This document shows, piece by piece, positions 29,827 to 39,774 of a stretch of 64,000 bases of DNA; the first letter of the stretch is position 1, and every line of letters begins with the position of its first letter. The position numbers and the translations under genes are program-made. Origin of the DNA: an uncultured Planctomycetia bacterium (lineage in GTDB: Bacteria > Omnitrophota > Gorgyraeia > S143-82); the NCBI GenBank assembly GCA_964469495.1, contig CAYXYY010000030.1, forward strand, positions 10,262 through 74,261, given 5' to 3'. The notes beneath the pieces were generated by a model that was given only the letters and a program-made list of their open reading frames with translations, did not search any database and was not told the origin of the DNA.

Positions 29827-31041
29827 CTATAACTGGGCAAATACATTTCTCATCACAAGGCTAGATGCGCCTAATGCAACCGAATACTCACCTAACCTTG
29901 AAGGCACTATCCTCACCGCGGCTGCCATCTCATGAAACGCCCATGAATCCACTGTAGAGCGGATCTCATCCATTAATTCACTGCCCAATCTTTCTATCCC
30001 GCCGCCAATAATCAAGACCTGCGGATTAAGCAAATTCGTCAAAAATGCCGCCTTTAATCCAAGACACTTTGCCTTTTCTCTAATAACTTCCTTAACCAAA
30101 GCATCTCCTTTGGCAGCAGCCTCAATCACCTTATCAAAATCCAATTTATCCAAATCACCGCCCAAAGACTGAACAAGCGGACTTATATCGTCTCTCTTCT
30201 TTTTCAATCGTTTTTTCAACTCAGCAATAATACCTAAATCAGCAGGCACCCGGCTTGTAAAACAGGCCTCAGCAGGTGATTCCCCCTCATTGGCAATAGA
30301 AAGTTCTCCCGCGCTTCCTGTACTGCCGCGATAAAGTTCACCATTAAGTATTATACCACACCCAACGCCGGAGAACAAATATAACATATTCTCAACATCA
30401 GAATCCAGATAAAACCAGTACTCTCCAAAAGCAGAAACAGTGGCATCATTTTCAACTAAAACAGGCAGGCCAAAATCCCTTTCTATGTATTCTCTCAAAG
30501 GCACATAAATAGACACATAATCCAATTTATCGTCGCCAACCTTTTCCGGCCACTTTATCGTCCCTGCCTGACGGTTTACAACCCCTCCAATACCTATACC
30601 AATTCCCTTTATCTTAGACTTATCACCGTCAAACTGCCCCATAAGTTCGGACAAAATTTTCCTTATAGTTGAAAGGATATCCTTTATCCCCATTGTCTCA
30701 GGCTTTATCTTTATCTCGCTGAGTATCTGGCCGTCTATGTTCGTAATAACAGCAACCAGTGAATTCATATTCACGCCAACACCAATCGCATATGAGGCAT
30801 CGGCATTGAGATCCAATAGTACTGCCCGCCGTCCGCCCTGTGAAACGTCCAAATCCTTTTCAACAACCAAATCCGTATCTATGAAGTGATTGATATAGTT
30901 GGTCACTGTGACGACGTTAAGCCCGACCATATTAGAGATTTCCGCCTTGGTAAGAGGACCGGCCTTACGCAAACTCTCCAATATAGCTACGTTTCGTCTG
31001 GCTCTTTCGCTAAAACGAACGTTATCTTTTAGGCCCTCCAT
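29827..31041 (-). CDS. ROK-family transcriptional regulator
   Basis: N-terminal HTH (LTKAEIS..GLNVVTVT), GGRRA, GIGIG, PVLVENDA, GVGCGII.NG.LYRG.TGSAGE. Confidence 0.92.
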   Translation of the reverse strand: MEGLKDNVRFSERARRNVAILESLRKAGPLTKAEISNMVGLNVVTVTNYINHFIDTDLVVEKDLDVSQGGRRAVLLDLNADASYAIGVGVNMNSLVAVITNIDGQILSEIKIKPETMGIKDILSTIRKILSELMGQFDGDKSKIKGIGIGIGGVVNRQAGTIKWPEKVGDDKLDYVSIYVPLREYIERDFGLPVLVENDATVSAFGEYWFYLDSDVENMLYLFSGVGCGIILNGELYRGSTGSAGELSIANEGESPAEACFTSRVPADLGIIAELKKRLKKKRDDISPLVQSLGGDLDKLDFDKVIEAAAKGDALVKEVIREKAKCLGLKAAFLTNLLNPQVLIIGGGIERLGSELMDEIRSTVDSWAFHEMAAAVRIVPSRLGEYSVALGASSLVMRNVFAQL

Positions 31042-31053
31042 CTTAACTCCTTT

Positions 31054-33753
31054 CTAAAACTGCTTTTCATACACTAATCTAAAAATATGCCTCGTATCCA
31101 ATGCGCTCATATGCCAGTAATCGCTGTCCGAATCATATCCGGCATATTCTCCCCACATCGCCTTTAGATATTCTTCTTCTGAGAAATTATATTTATATCC
31201 CACAAAAAAGTTGTTGTGAGACTCGTAATCCAAATTTCCTTCTATTTCATACTTATACACGTCGTATAAACGTGAATACGTATATGAGAAAAACATCTCT
31301 GCCTTTGGTCCGAGTTTATATAATGCCTCAAACCCAAAGTGACTGCCATTGTCGTCTATGCCCGGCATTGCATATTTATTCTGGTTCTTTGTAAAAGAAA
31401 ACGTAAGCTGTAAATCCTCTAACGGAGTTAAACCAGTCTTCATTTTTATTATATGATAATAATCATATGGGGGCAAGCCAAATATGCTCTGATCGTATAA
31501 AAAAGGAACAATTTTATCCCACATATAATCGCCTATTATTTCATCTGTGACATAAGTGCTGCACAAAAGTACCCTTGGGAAAACCATAGGGTCATTTGTC
31601 TCTTCAAAACCGAGTTCAAAATAGGCATTATCGTCGATATCATAACGGCCGGCTATACCAAAATGGCCGATAGAAGGATCCTTTCCCGCCTCTATTGCCG
31701 TGTTTTGCAAAGCCTCATTTTGCCCGCTGTAATAGTCGCTGATGTCATATAGGTTGTCCGCATAGATTAACGGGTCCTTATCAACCTCTGTATCAGGCAA
31801 TGCCTTATACCAAGCCAAGGCTTTCAATGTTAACTTATCAACAGGTGAAGCCGTTGCCTCTAATCTGCCAAGGGTCTCTATGGGAACGCCTCCATCACTA
31901 TGGACGTTTCTGACAAACACGTCCCAATTCGTATTCCATAAATCGAAATTCGCATATATCCCGGCAGCGGACCTGCCTCTGTCTATCCCATCGCCATAAG
32001 TCTCTATGCCTTTCTTGCGATTTTCTTCTTCGTCAAAGGTTATGTGCTTGCTCGCCTCTGTCTCTATCCTCGTATATCTATATGAGGAAAGTCCCGGTGA
32101 AAATTTATCTCCCATATAGTTATAGTAAAATTCTATTTTATTAATAGGCCAATGCAATGGTTGGAATTTTATTCCATATGCATAATCATCATAATACGTT
32201 TTCGTATCGTTGGCTTCATCAATTGTTGAAGAACTGTGGGCAACCTCACCTGATACCAAAACACCAAACAATTGTTTTGCCCCATCAATAGCCCACACAT
32301 AATTTTCAGCCTCAAGGTCATCACTGTCATTGAATCCCAGCTTTGAACTAAAAAAGGCTCCTATATAATCATTGGAATCGTCCTCAAAATAATATTTCCA
32401 ACGCGTTGCCCCGTCCAATGAATTGACATCTGAATAATCATCCCACAATGTCATAGGCAAGGCAATTGTGGCTTGCCCTTCAACAGAACCTTCTTTAATA
32501 GAAAAGCTGGCTCCCCTTAAATACGTAAGCCTTTCCCATTCACTATCACGAACGTATGCAGATATATTATGCTGCCATTTCCCTCCTTTAAGCGGATATC
32601 CAGGCCTTAAAAACCTACGGCTTGGGCTATACGTATCTATCCACGGGCTTTCTTCCCAATCTTTCCTATTATCAGAAAGCCGCATAAGATCGTCGCTCTT
32701 CAACGCCTCTTGCTGCGATGAAATCAGAAATACTTTGCCGCTAAATCCATCCGATTCATTTCCGTAATCAAACCATAGTTTTCTGATTATATTCCACCTC
32801 TCGTGGAGATCTTCCCCCCCAATTGTATTGAAATCAGTGTACCAATCATAAATACCCGTTGGAGTGTATGGAGAAAGTTTTCCATCAACTACCTTGATAT
32901 TGTTAAAAACCAATATATTGCCATATTTTGTCCTGAATGTTTCATTCATTGTCTGCCCGGTTGCAAAGAAATATTTCAATCTAACATTTGCTGAATCCAA
33001 ACCATTCGTACTTGTCACCTCGGCATCTATTGTGCCAACGTATGACCATGGGTCCAAAACTAATTGCGCATACAAATTTATCGCATCAGAAAAATCTGTA
33101 TCTATATTTAGTTCCAGTCTATCATAGACCTTTGGATCAAACGTATTTTCATGTTCTTCACCCCAGATATAGCGCCAGTTCTTCTCGTATGGAACAGCAT
33201 TCTTATCCGGATTGGCATCCTTCCATAGTATATCTCCGTCGGAATTCACCTCCCCTGCCAATCTGATCTTACCTGTTATATGGACATTAGAATCGGTTTT
33301 ATCCTCTGCAGACTCACTCGGCATGTGTGTTATAGGCGCAGGTTTTTTAGGAGATATTTCTGAAGGGCTTTGCATAACCTTATTCGATCCTGCAGCCAGT
33401 TTCTGTTCCATATACGCCTTCATTGCAAACCTGCCTGCGTTTTCTTCTTCATGCAAGGCCCTTTCCCCCTCTTCCAAACTCGCCAAAAAATCTGCCATTG
33501 CAACCTTTTTTTTCTGCTCCTCGCATAAGATTTCAACACCTTTTAGAGACACAATAACAGCCAATGCTTCTTTATTTTCCGGATCTTGATCTAATGCAGA
33601 TAATGCATCTTCATAGGCTGATTGATAGTCTTTCATGGCAAATTCCTCTTTGGCAAGTTGGGCATAATAACTTGCCTGACTAGCCCTTGCAATTCCCTGC
33701 GCCAAAAACGTTATCAATAAAAAAAATAATAAAACTCTTTCTATTCTAAACAC
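31054..33753 (-). CDS. Large hypothetical outer-membrane protein (N-terminal TPR-like helix pair, probable beta-barrel)
   Basis: Signal peptide; YQSAYEDALSALDQDPENKEA TPR-like segment; aromatic/Asp-rich alternating strands; C-terminal VYEKQF. Confidence 0.7.
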   Translation of the reverse strand: MFRIERVLLFFLLITFLAQGIARASQASYYAQLAKEEFAMKDYQSAYEDALSALDQDPENKEALAVIVSLKGVEILCEEQKKKVAMADFLASLEEGERALHEEENAGRFAMKAYMEQKLAAGSNKVMQSPSEISPKKPAPITHMPSESAEDKTDSNVHITGKIRLAGEVNSDGDILWKDANPDKNAVPYEKNWRYIWGEEHENTFDPKVYDRLELNIDTDFSDAINLYAQLVLDPWSYVGTIDAEVTSTNGLDSANVRLKYFFATGQTMNETFRTKYGNILVFNNIKVVDGKLSPYTPTGIYDWYTDFNTIGGEDLHERWNIIRKLWFDYGNESDGFSGKVFLISSQQEALKSDDLMRLSDNRKDWEESPWIDTYSPSRRFLRPGYPLKGGKWQHNISAYVRDSEWERLTYLRGASFSIKEGSVEGQATIALPMTLWDDYSDVNSLDGATRWKYYFEDDSNDYIGAFFSSKLGFNDSDDLEAENYVWAIDGAKQLFGVLVSGEVAHSSSTIDEANDTKTYYDDYAYGIKFQPLHWPINKIEFYYNYMGDKFSPGLSSYRYTRIETEASKHITFDEEENRKKGIETYGDGIDRGRSAAGIYANFDLWNTNWDVFVRNVHSDGGVPIETLGRLEATASPVDKLTLKALAWYKALPDTEVDKDPLIYADNLYDISDYYSGQNEALQNTAIEAGKDPSIGHFGIAGRYDIDDNAYFELGFEETNDPMVFPRVLLCSTYVTDEIIGDYMWDKIVPFLYDQSIFGLPPYDYYHIIKMKTGLTPLEDLQLTFSFTKNQNKYAMPGIDDNGSHFGFEALYKLGPKAEMFFSYTYSRLYDVYKYEIEGNLDYESHNNFFVGYKYNFSEEEYLKAMWGEYAGYDSDSDYWHMSALDTRHIFRLVYEKQF

Positions 33754-33778
33754 TACAATCCTCCTTTAAAATAACTAT

Positions 33779-35170
33779 TTATCCAGAGTGTTCTGTTAGT
33801 TCTTTAATCGAACTCTTTACGGCTAAACTCTGCAACTGGCTAGGAGTCTCTCCCTGCCAAAGCGCCTTTAGGACATAATAGGCCTTTTTAGGAATTCTCT
33901 TATTGATACCCTTCTCCCCTTTGCGTCTAGATATTCTAACTATGCCCCACCATTCCTCATTCATATTTAAATTTTTCGGAGCAGCTATATCATGATAATA
34001 GCCTCCACAAGACCAATCCCCTTTCATATCGTGCACCATCCAGGATTTTGGATTAAAATGGTCGCTCTTCCACCATTCATCCGTCCATTCAAAAACTATT
34101 CCTCCTAAAACGTTTCCCCATCCTTTATTCCCGGGCAAATTTTTGCTTATCTCTTTCCACAACTCGCCTATATATAAAGATTGGATGGCCTCATCTTCCC
34201 TTTTTTGGACAGCATCAAGACTGTCTGCCCCAAATTCCATTACAAAGAACGGCTTCTTCCACATATGATGCATATCTCTCCACACATGCCCGAAACTCTT
34301 CCCCAAAAACAGTGTCAATCCAGCGATATCAACGTTTTTACATTCATCCCCGGCTATATCCATAAAACGCGTTCCCCCATTTCCAAGGGCAACGACTCGG
34401 GAAGGATCCATTTGTTTAATCATACCTGCCAATTCATTGACAAAAGAATAATAAATCCTGGCTTTCTCTTCCCTGCGTTTCATGGGGTCCCGTTCCTTTA
34501 TCAATTCCGGTGTTGTCCAGACATTAACGTTTTCTGGACCAAAAGAAAAATTGTTTTCATTACCCAAAACCCACATAATAATGCCCGGTTCATCTTTTAA
34601 CTGCCTCACCATATTCAATACTTCCTGCTTTACATATGAACGGAATGTCCCATCAGCATAATTTGGACTGTTCCAAAAACCAAGCCAATTACCCATAATA
34701 GTATAGATACCGTATTCTTCATACATATACCTTATAAACTGCTTTGCGGCCTCTATATCCGGACTGAGGCAATAAAATCTTATCACGTTAGCCCCCATCT
34801 GCTTTATCAACGGCCCGTCAACATCCGCTAATCTTTTCCCCTGCTTAAAGAAATCAAATTCCCAATTCTTTCCCGGAGGTATTGGTTGATAGACAACTCC
34901 CTTTATAACAAAAGGCCTTCCATATACAGAGAGTATCTGCTGTCCATTATTTGTGGGCACGATTTCAGATATCTTACCCGCAACCTTGATTTCCTTTGTT
35001 GAGAAAGAATTATTATTTCCATTGGCAGATGCCTCAACAGACGCATTATTCAAGAACAAAACAAAACCCATCAAGAACATATAATAGAGTGAGGGGGCAA
35101 CAAGCCCCCTCACTAATACTCTCCAACAGGTCTTTCTATCTATGTGTTTATTCTTCAAAAACAACATCAT
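33779..35170 (-). CDS. Clan GH-A TIM-barrel glycoside hydrolase (GH2-TIM-like)
   Basis: GRPFVIKGV.Y, MGANVIRFY, acid/base WVLGNEN, nucleophile VMEFG, FEWTDEWWK, NEEWWGI. Confidence 0.85.
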   Translation of the reverse strand: MMLFLKNKHIDRKTCWRVLVRGLVAPSLYYMFLMGFVLFLNNASVEASANGNNNSFSTKEIKVAGKISEIVPTNNGQQILSVYGRPFVIKGVVYQPIPPGKNWEFDFFKQGKRLADVDGPLIKQMGANVIRFYCLSPDIEAAKQFIRYMYEEYGIYTIMGNWLGFWNSPNYADGTFRSYVKQEVLNMVRQLKDEPGIIMWVLGNENNFSFGPENVNVWTTPELIKERDPMKRREEKARIYYSFVNELAGMIKQMDPSRVVALGNGGTRFMDIAGDECKNVDIAGLTLFLGKSFGHVWRDMHHMWKKPFFVMEFGADSLDAVQKREDEAIQSLYIGELWKEISKNLPGNKGWGNVLGGIVFEWTDEWWKSDHFNPKSWMVHDMKGDWSCGGYYHDIAAPKNLNMNEEWWGIVRISRRKGEKGINKRIPKKAYYVLKALWQGETPSQLQSLAVKSSIKELTEHSG

Positions 35171-36311
35171 CTAAATAAAACACGGCTCCTTCAGGATTGA
35201 CATCGGCATTTGTAACCCAGCAAAAACCGCCTATGATATAGGACATATCTTTCCCTGAAAGGTCTATCGTGTACTGCTTCCATTCAGTAGTTAACACTAT
35301 AGGACCTATATCTGCTGCATCTGAATCCGAATACTTGCCCTGAACACCTCCTACCTTGAACTGCTCAATCCTTTCTCCGCCTTTCTCTCCTCTTGCCCAA
35401 AACGTCAACTTCTTGGCCTTGCTAAGATCATATCCACCATCCAAAAGGCCCCAATTGTTTGCAGGATTAAGCCAATAAACACCAGCCCATCTTGCGCCTT
35501 GCGATGCCTTTGCTGTGTATTCAAAACGAATACAGGTATCACCGCTATGAGGATTCTCTTCAGATGCCTCATCCATCTTTATATCACCCCAGTCTCCCAT
35601 ATAACCGGATGGCACATAATGGTTATTAACAGACCTCTTGTCTGTATAAACAGCAAACGGCATAGGTTCTGCGCCTTTCAGGTTTGCCTTTAAGTCAGGA
35701 TCATACTCAAGTTTGATATCATCGAGGTAAAACGTACATCCGTCGGGATTCTGCCCCGCCTGCAAAATAAAAGCAAAACCGCCACTGATATAGCTCAAAT
35801 CCTTTCCAACGAGATTTATCGTATACTGCTGCCACTCATCACTAAGCTGTACAGGGCCAAAATCCACTTCCGTTGTATCTGCATAAGAACCCTTGATGCC
35901 TCCTACTATAAACTTAGCGATTATTTCATCTCCGTACTCTCCTCTTGCCCAGAAGGTCAATTTATTCATTGCAGATAAATCATAACCACCCTGCTTAGTT
36001 CCCCAGTTATTTGCGGGATTCTGCCAATAGACCCCAACCCAACCTTTCTTCTGACTTTTGTCAGCAGTATAAATAACCTGGATGCAGGTCTTGCCTTCTT
36101 TTACGTTTTCCGTGTATTCCTCATTCAAACGAACATCATTGTAATCGCCCATATAACCCGATGGGATATAGTGATTACCCGGAGCCCCTTTGTCGGAATA
36201 TATATAAAATAAATCCTTGTTGGAAACCTGAATTCCTTCCGTCTTTGCCGCGTGCGCCATTCCACAGGCAAAGAATACCCCTGCTAAGATGACTGCCCAA
36301 ATCCTGCGCAT
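35148..36311 (-). CDS. Exported protein made of two tandem carbohydrate-binding-like beta-sandwich domains
   Basis: Two repeats of about 175 aa: NHYxPSGYMGD...W.GVYW.NPANNWG..GYDLS..KLTFWARGE...EW.QYTI.L...FYLDD; start at 36311 after SD AGGAGG. Confidence 0.8.
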   Translation of the reverse strand: MRRIWAVILAGVFFACGMAHAAKTEGIQVSNKDLFYIYSDKGAPGNHYIPSGYMGDYNDVRLNEEYTENVKEGKTCIQVIYTADKSQKKGWVGVYWQNPANNWGTKQGGYDLSAMNKLTFWARGEYGDEIIAKFIVGGIKGSYADTTEVDFGPVQLSDEWQQYTINLVGKDLSYISGGFAFILQAGQNPDGCTFYLDDIKLEYDPDLKANLKGAEPMPFAVYTDKRSVNNHYVPSGYMGDWGDIKMDEASEENPHSGDTCIRFEYTAKASQGARWAGVYWLNPANNWGLLDGGYDLSKAKKLTFWARGEKGGERIEQFKVGGVQGKYSDSDAADIGPIVLTTEWKQYTIDLSGKDMSYIIGGFCWVTNADVNPEGAVFYLDDVVFEE

Positions 36312-36360
36312 AACCATACCTCCTTTTTTAGACCTATAACACAATTTACCTTATTTTGCT

Positions 36361-36389
36361 ATTTTACACAAATAATCCCTTTTAGTCAA
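36361..36389 (-). promoter_or_regulatory. Internal sigma70 promoter upstream of the tandem-CBM gene
   Basis: TTGACT-N17-TAAAAT with TG just upstream of the -10. Confidence 0.65.
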
Positions 36390-36411
36390 ATACTTTTAAA
36401 AAAAGTTTTAA

Positions 36412-38328
36412 TTAATCCATCCATGCTTTTCGTAAATATTCATATGCTTTTCTAACAACGCGCATAAAGGGACTATATTCAGGATCTCCCTGTCCTGTTA
36501 TTCCAAGCCACTCCTCATACATAAAACCATCCAAAAACGGCCCAGCCCATCTGGTTTCCGTATTATGTTTAAACGGCTCATATGCCTTCCACCATTCATC
36601 CGTCCATTCAAATGCAAAACCACCAATAGAATTGCCAACGCCCCAATCGTAATCAGCAGAATTGTAAAGTATATCCTCCCAACAACCGAGGTAATACATG
36701 GCCTGACCTTCTTCCGCGGCCTCAACAGACAGGCCCTTGCCATAAGCAGGACACCCGTACTCTGTTATCATAGCCGCTTTATCAGGAGCCAAGACAAAAA
36801 CCTTTTCCCAGATGTCTCCAAAACCGGCATTCCCGCGATATGCGTTCATCCCAACAATATCAACATCCGGGCAATACTTGGCCAGTTTATCCAAAAACAG
36901 CACATCGCCATTACATATGGCAACCGGCCTTGTGGGATCTATTTTTTTTATCATCTTCGCCACCTCATTTACGAATTTATAATATGCATCCGGTTTTTCT
37001 TTTGCATTATTAGCAACGCCATAGTTGTTTTCATTGCCCAAAAGCCAAAACAATACATACGGTTCATCCTTAAATTGCTCGACCAATTCTTTTACGTGAC
37101 GCTTCATATTCTCCTGCTGTTTTTTATTCGTATAATCCGTTCCCTCTTCCCATGTAGCTCCACTGCCTATGGTATACATACCAAGGAAATCACTCATAAC
37201 AAAACGTATGCCAAAACGCTCGTACATATCTTTTAATAATATCTTGTTTAATTTTTCTTCCGGCAGACGATATATCCTAAGGGTATTAGCGCCCATCTCT
37301 TTAAGCAGGCTTAAATCGCCCACTGCCGACTCATCTTTGTCCTGCTTTCCGTTTCTGTTCCAGTCAATCCACGCGTCATACGGCCCGTCGATTAATCCGT
37401 TTTTATTATAGTCATAAAACATCCAGTTGCGCATCGTACCGTCATCCGGACTCTGACCTATCTTTGTGGTAGCATATGTAATCCCCTTGATTATATACGG
37501 CTTGCCATCAACCAATAACTGCCACGAGCCGTCTTTGTACTTTACAAGCTGCGTGTTTTTGCCTCCCTTTTTCTCAACTATATCTTTTAGTCCATGTTTC
37601 CTTTTGTGAGGCAAGACATCATCTTCACTTTCAACGTGTACTATCTTGCCCGGCCATACAACAACTTGGTCATTTAAGATGTTATTATCTTCTCCATTCT
37701 TTATAATTATTTTGGCATCAACCAGTTTCATCTTTAATTCAGGATATCTCCTTGTCAAATACCTTATCCGATGCAGAGAGGCAGGCCCTATATACCAAGG
37801 GGTATGCCAATAGGTCCAGCCATTTGCATAGGGGAAATGTATCACTATAGAATAATAGGCCTTTATTGCGTGCTTTATCAGGCCTGCTTCCTCTAAAATA
37901 GTTGCTATGTAAAACTGTCTTACGCCCGGCGGTTCAGGGGCAGAACACCATTTATAAAAATTTGCAAGCAAGTCCCTGCCATGAACAAAATCCCAATGAT
38001 TGCCCTTTAATAATCCCTGTTTTTTATATTCTATATACTTGGGATCCCAACGAAAACTCGTGGAGTTCGGGTAAATACCTTCTCCTGTTGCATTGGCAAG
38101 GCCCTCCTGATCCTTTACAACGTATTTATACTGAGCAGTTCCCACATTCTGAAATTCTCCATACTTTTCATAATCCACTATGTCTTCCTTGCCGTAGTTA
38201 TAAAGAGAAAACGCGGGAGAAGGCAATGGATTGGTATAAGGAAGGAATGTTTCTCTTTTTGCGCATGCAGAAGAGACCATTAATAAAAAACACATGCCTA
38301 TGCAGATTAATGATCTCGATCTATTCAT
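36412..38328 (-). CDS. Lipoprotein: helical N-domain plus clan GH-A TIM-barrel glycoside hydrolase
   Basis: Lipobox SSAC; DGKPYIIKGITY, MGANTLRIY, WLLGNEN, ITEYG, FEWTDEWWK; DYNKNG and DWNRNG loops. Confidence 0.85.
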   Translation of the reverse strand: MNRSRSLICIGMCFLLMVSSACAKRETFLPYTNPLPSPAFSLYNYGKEDIVDYEKYGEFQNVGTAQYKYVVKDQEGLANATGEGIYPNSTSFRWDPKYIEYKKQGLLKGNHWDFVHGRDLLANFYKWCSAPEPPGVRQFYIATILEEAGLIKHAIKAYYSIVIHFPYANGWTYWHTPWYIGPASLHRIRYLTRRYPELKMKLVDAKIIIKNGEDNNILNDQVVVWPGKIVHVESEDDVLPHKRKHGLKDIVEKKGGKNTQLVKYKDGSWQLLVDGKPYIIKGITYATTKIGQSPDDGTMRNWMFYDYNKNGLIDGPYDAWIDWNRNGKQDKDESAVGDLSLLKEMGANTLRIYRLPEEKLNKILLKDMYERFGIRFVMSDFLGMYTIGSGATWEEGTDYTNKKQQENMKRHVKELVEQFKDEPYVLFWLLGNENNYGVANNAKEKPDAYYKFVNEVAKMIKKIDPTRPVAICNGDVLFLDKLAKYCPDVDIVGMNAYRGNAGFGDIWEKVFVLAPDKAAMITEYGCPAYGKGLSVEAAEEGQAMYYLGCWEDILYNSADYDWGVGNSIGGFAFEWTDEWWKAYEPFKHNTETRWAGPFLDGFMYEEWLGITGQGDPEYSPFMRVVRKAYEYLRKAWMD

Positions 38329-38914
38329 TATTACACTCCTTTTCTAACTGCTTTAATTTGGCGGAGGCCTCTTCTTTGATGCTCCAATACCAGCCGCGGG
38401 GGTCCCAATTCTGAGACAATGGAAATTTTTCTATAGCAGACTCATAATTTGATTTTGCATTATCACAGTCCCCCATCTTTTGATAACTTTCTGCTTTTAC
38501 GTAATACGACGCGCCGACAGCGTTTAACTCTTTATACTTAAGTTCATCCCCTGCCTTTGGAAAGTGTCCATGTAAGGCCTTTTGCTGACTCAATGCATTA
38601 GATTCAAACCGCTTTATACAGATATCCGCCAGTTTTATAGCGTCTTCATATGCCCTGGCGCCCAAAGCGGCCCATGCCTTTTGTATTACCTTTTCTGCGG
38701 GGGCTTCATCCATTTCCTTCCAATCAACGTCTATGTGCACAGTCTTATCCGTGGTATCTTCCGTAATTAATATATCTTTAGGAAAGACAGGGGCGCCCTT
38801 GCTTGCCGGCTTTAACGTAAGCCTAAACCCCTCTTCTTTATTTTCATCACATCCTGATATAAAAAACACAGAACAAAACAAAGACACTGACAAAAAAATT
38901 GCCCAGATATTCAT
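38321..38914 (-). CDS. TPR-containing lipoprotein
   Basis: Lipobox ISGC; TPR-like helices (AWAAL..YEDAI; YYVKAESY..GD..AK..Y); WDPRGWYW motif. Confidence 0.75.
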   Translation of the reverse strand: MNIWAIFLSVSLFCSVFFISGCDENKEEGFRLTLKPASKGAPVFPKDILITEDTTDKTVHIDVDWKEMDEAPAEKVIQKAWAALGARAYEDAIKLADICIKRFESNALSQQKALHGHFPKAGDELKYKELNAVGASYYVKAESYQKMGDCDNAKSNYESAIEKFPLSQNWDPRGWYWSIKEEASAKLKQLEKECNNE

Positions 38915-38930
38915 AAGTCCTCTCTTTCTG

Positions 38931-39770
38931 TTATTGGCCTGTGAGGGCACCGGCTGTAATACCTTTTATAATGTGCCTCTGCATCAGCAGATAAACTATT
39001 ATCACGGGGACAACCGTGATAGTCATACCTGCCATCAACAATGGATAGTTGACAAGGTGGGCGCCCTGAAACACCATAAGGCCTCTTGGCAAAGGCATCT
39101 TCGCCTTGTCCTGTAATATCAACATAGCGAGCAGATATTCATTCCACACCGCCAAGGTATTAAATATGATAACAACAGCCAAAGCAGGCATTGCCAAAGG
39201 AATAGCGACATGTCTCCATATACCAAGTTTGGAACATCCGTCTATCCTTGCCGCATCTTCCAACTCCCTTGGCAATTTATCGAAAAAGGTTTTTAACAAA
39301 AATATAGCAAATGGCAATCCCATATTTATTTGCGGCAATATATAACCTATTCGCGTATTCACCAGTCCCAAGTTCTTTAAGAGAACAAACAATGCGATAA
39401 ACGCGCCGGGAATAGGGATCATCATCGTTGCAATCAATATGATATAAAGCGCGCCTTTAAAAGGAAACTCCAATCTAGAAAAGGCAAAAGCGGCCAATGA
39501 GGATAGAATAACAATAAAAAAGACCACAACAAAGGTATAAAATAAACTATTTAAGAAAAATTGGCCAAATCCTCCCTGCGTCCAGGCCAATGCGAAATTT
39601 TCCCAACGCGGAGAGATAGGGAACAAACTCATATCCGTAAAAATACCATATTGACTTTTTAAAGAAGAGGTAAACATCCAGTAAAGGGGAAATAAACAAG
39701 AAAGGGCCACAGCGGAAAGGACCGTATAGATACCGATATAACCCAATACCTTTTTTACCTTATACCACAC
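38931..39770 (-). CDS. Carbohydrate ABC transporter permease (MalG-like)
   Basis: FPLYWMF.SS, EAA loop ELEDAARIDG, WNEY. Confidence 0.94.
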   Translation of the reverse strand: MWYKVKKVLGYIGIYTVLSAVALSCLFPLYWMFTSSLKSQYGIFTDMSLFPISPRWENFALAWTQGGFGQFFLNSLFYTFVVVFFIVILSSLAAFAFSRLEFPFKGALYIILIATMMIPIPGAFIALFVLLKNLGLVNTRIGYILPQINMGLPFAIFLLKTFFDKLPRELEDAARIDGCSKLGIWRHVAIPLAMPALAVVIIFNTLAVWNEYLLAMLILQDKAKMPLPRGLMVFQGAHLVNYPLLMAGMTITVVPVIIVYLLMQRHIIKGITAGALTGQ

Positions 39771-39774
39771 AATC

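Noticed and set aside
35148-36311. Tandem CBM repeats (and fliD repeats) as DGR template/variable pairs or CRISPR-like arrays
   Set aside because: In-frame protein domain duplications with differences not restricted to adenines; no reverse transcriptase, cas gene or spacer structure
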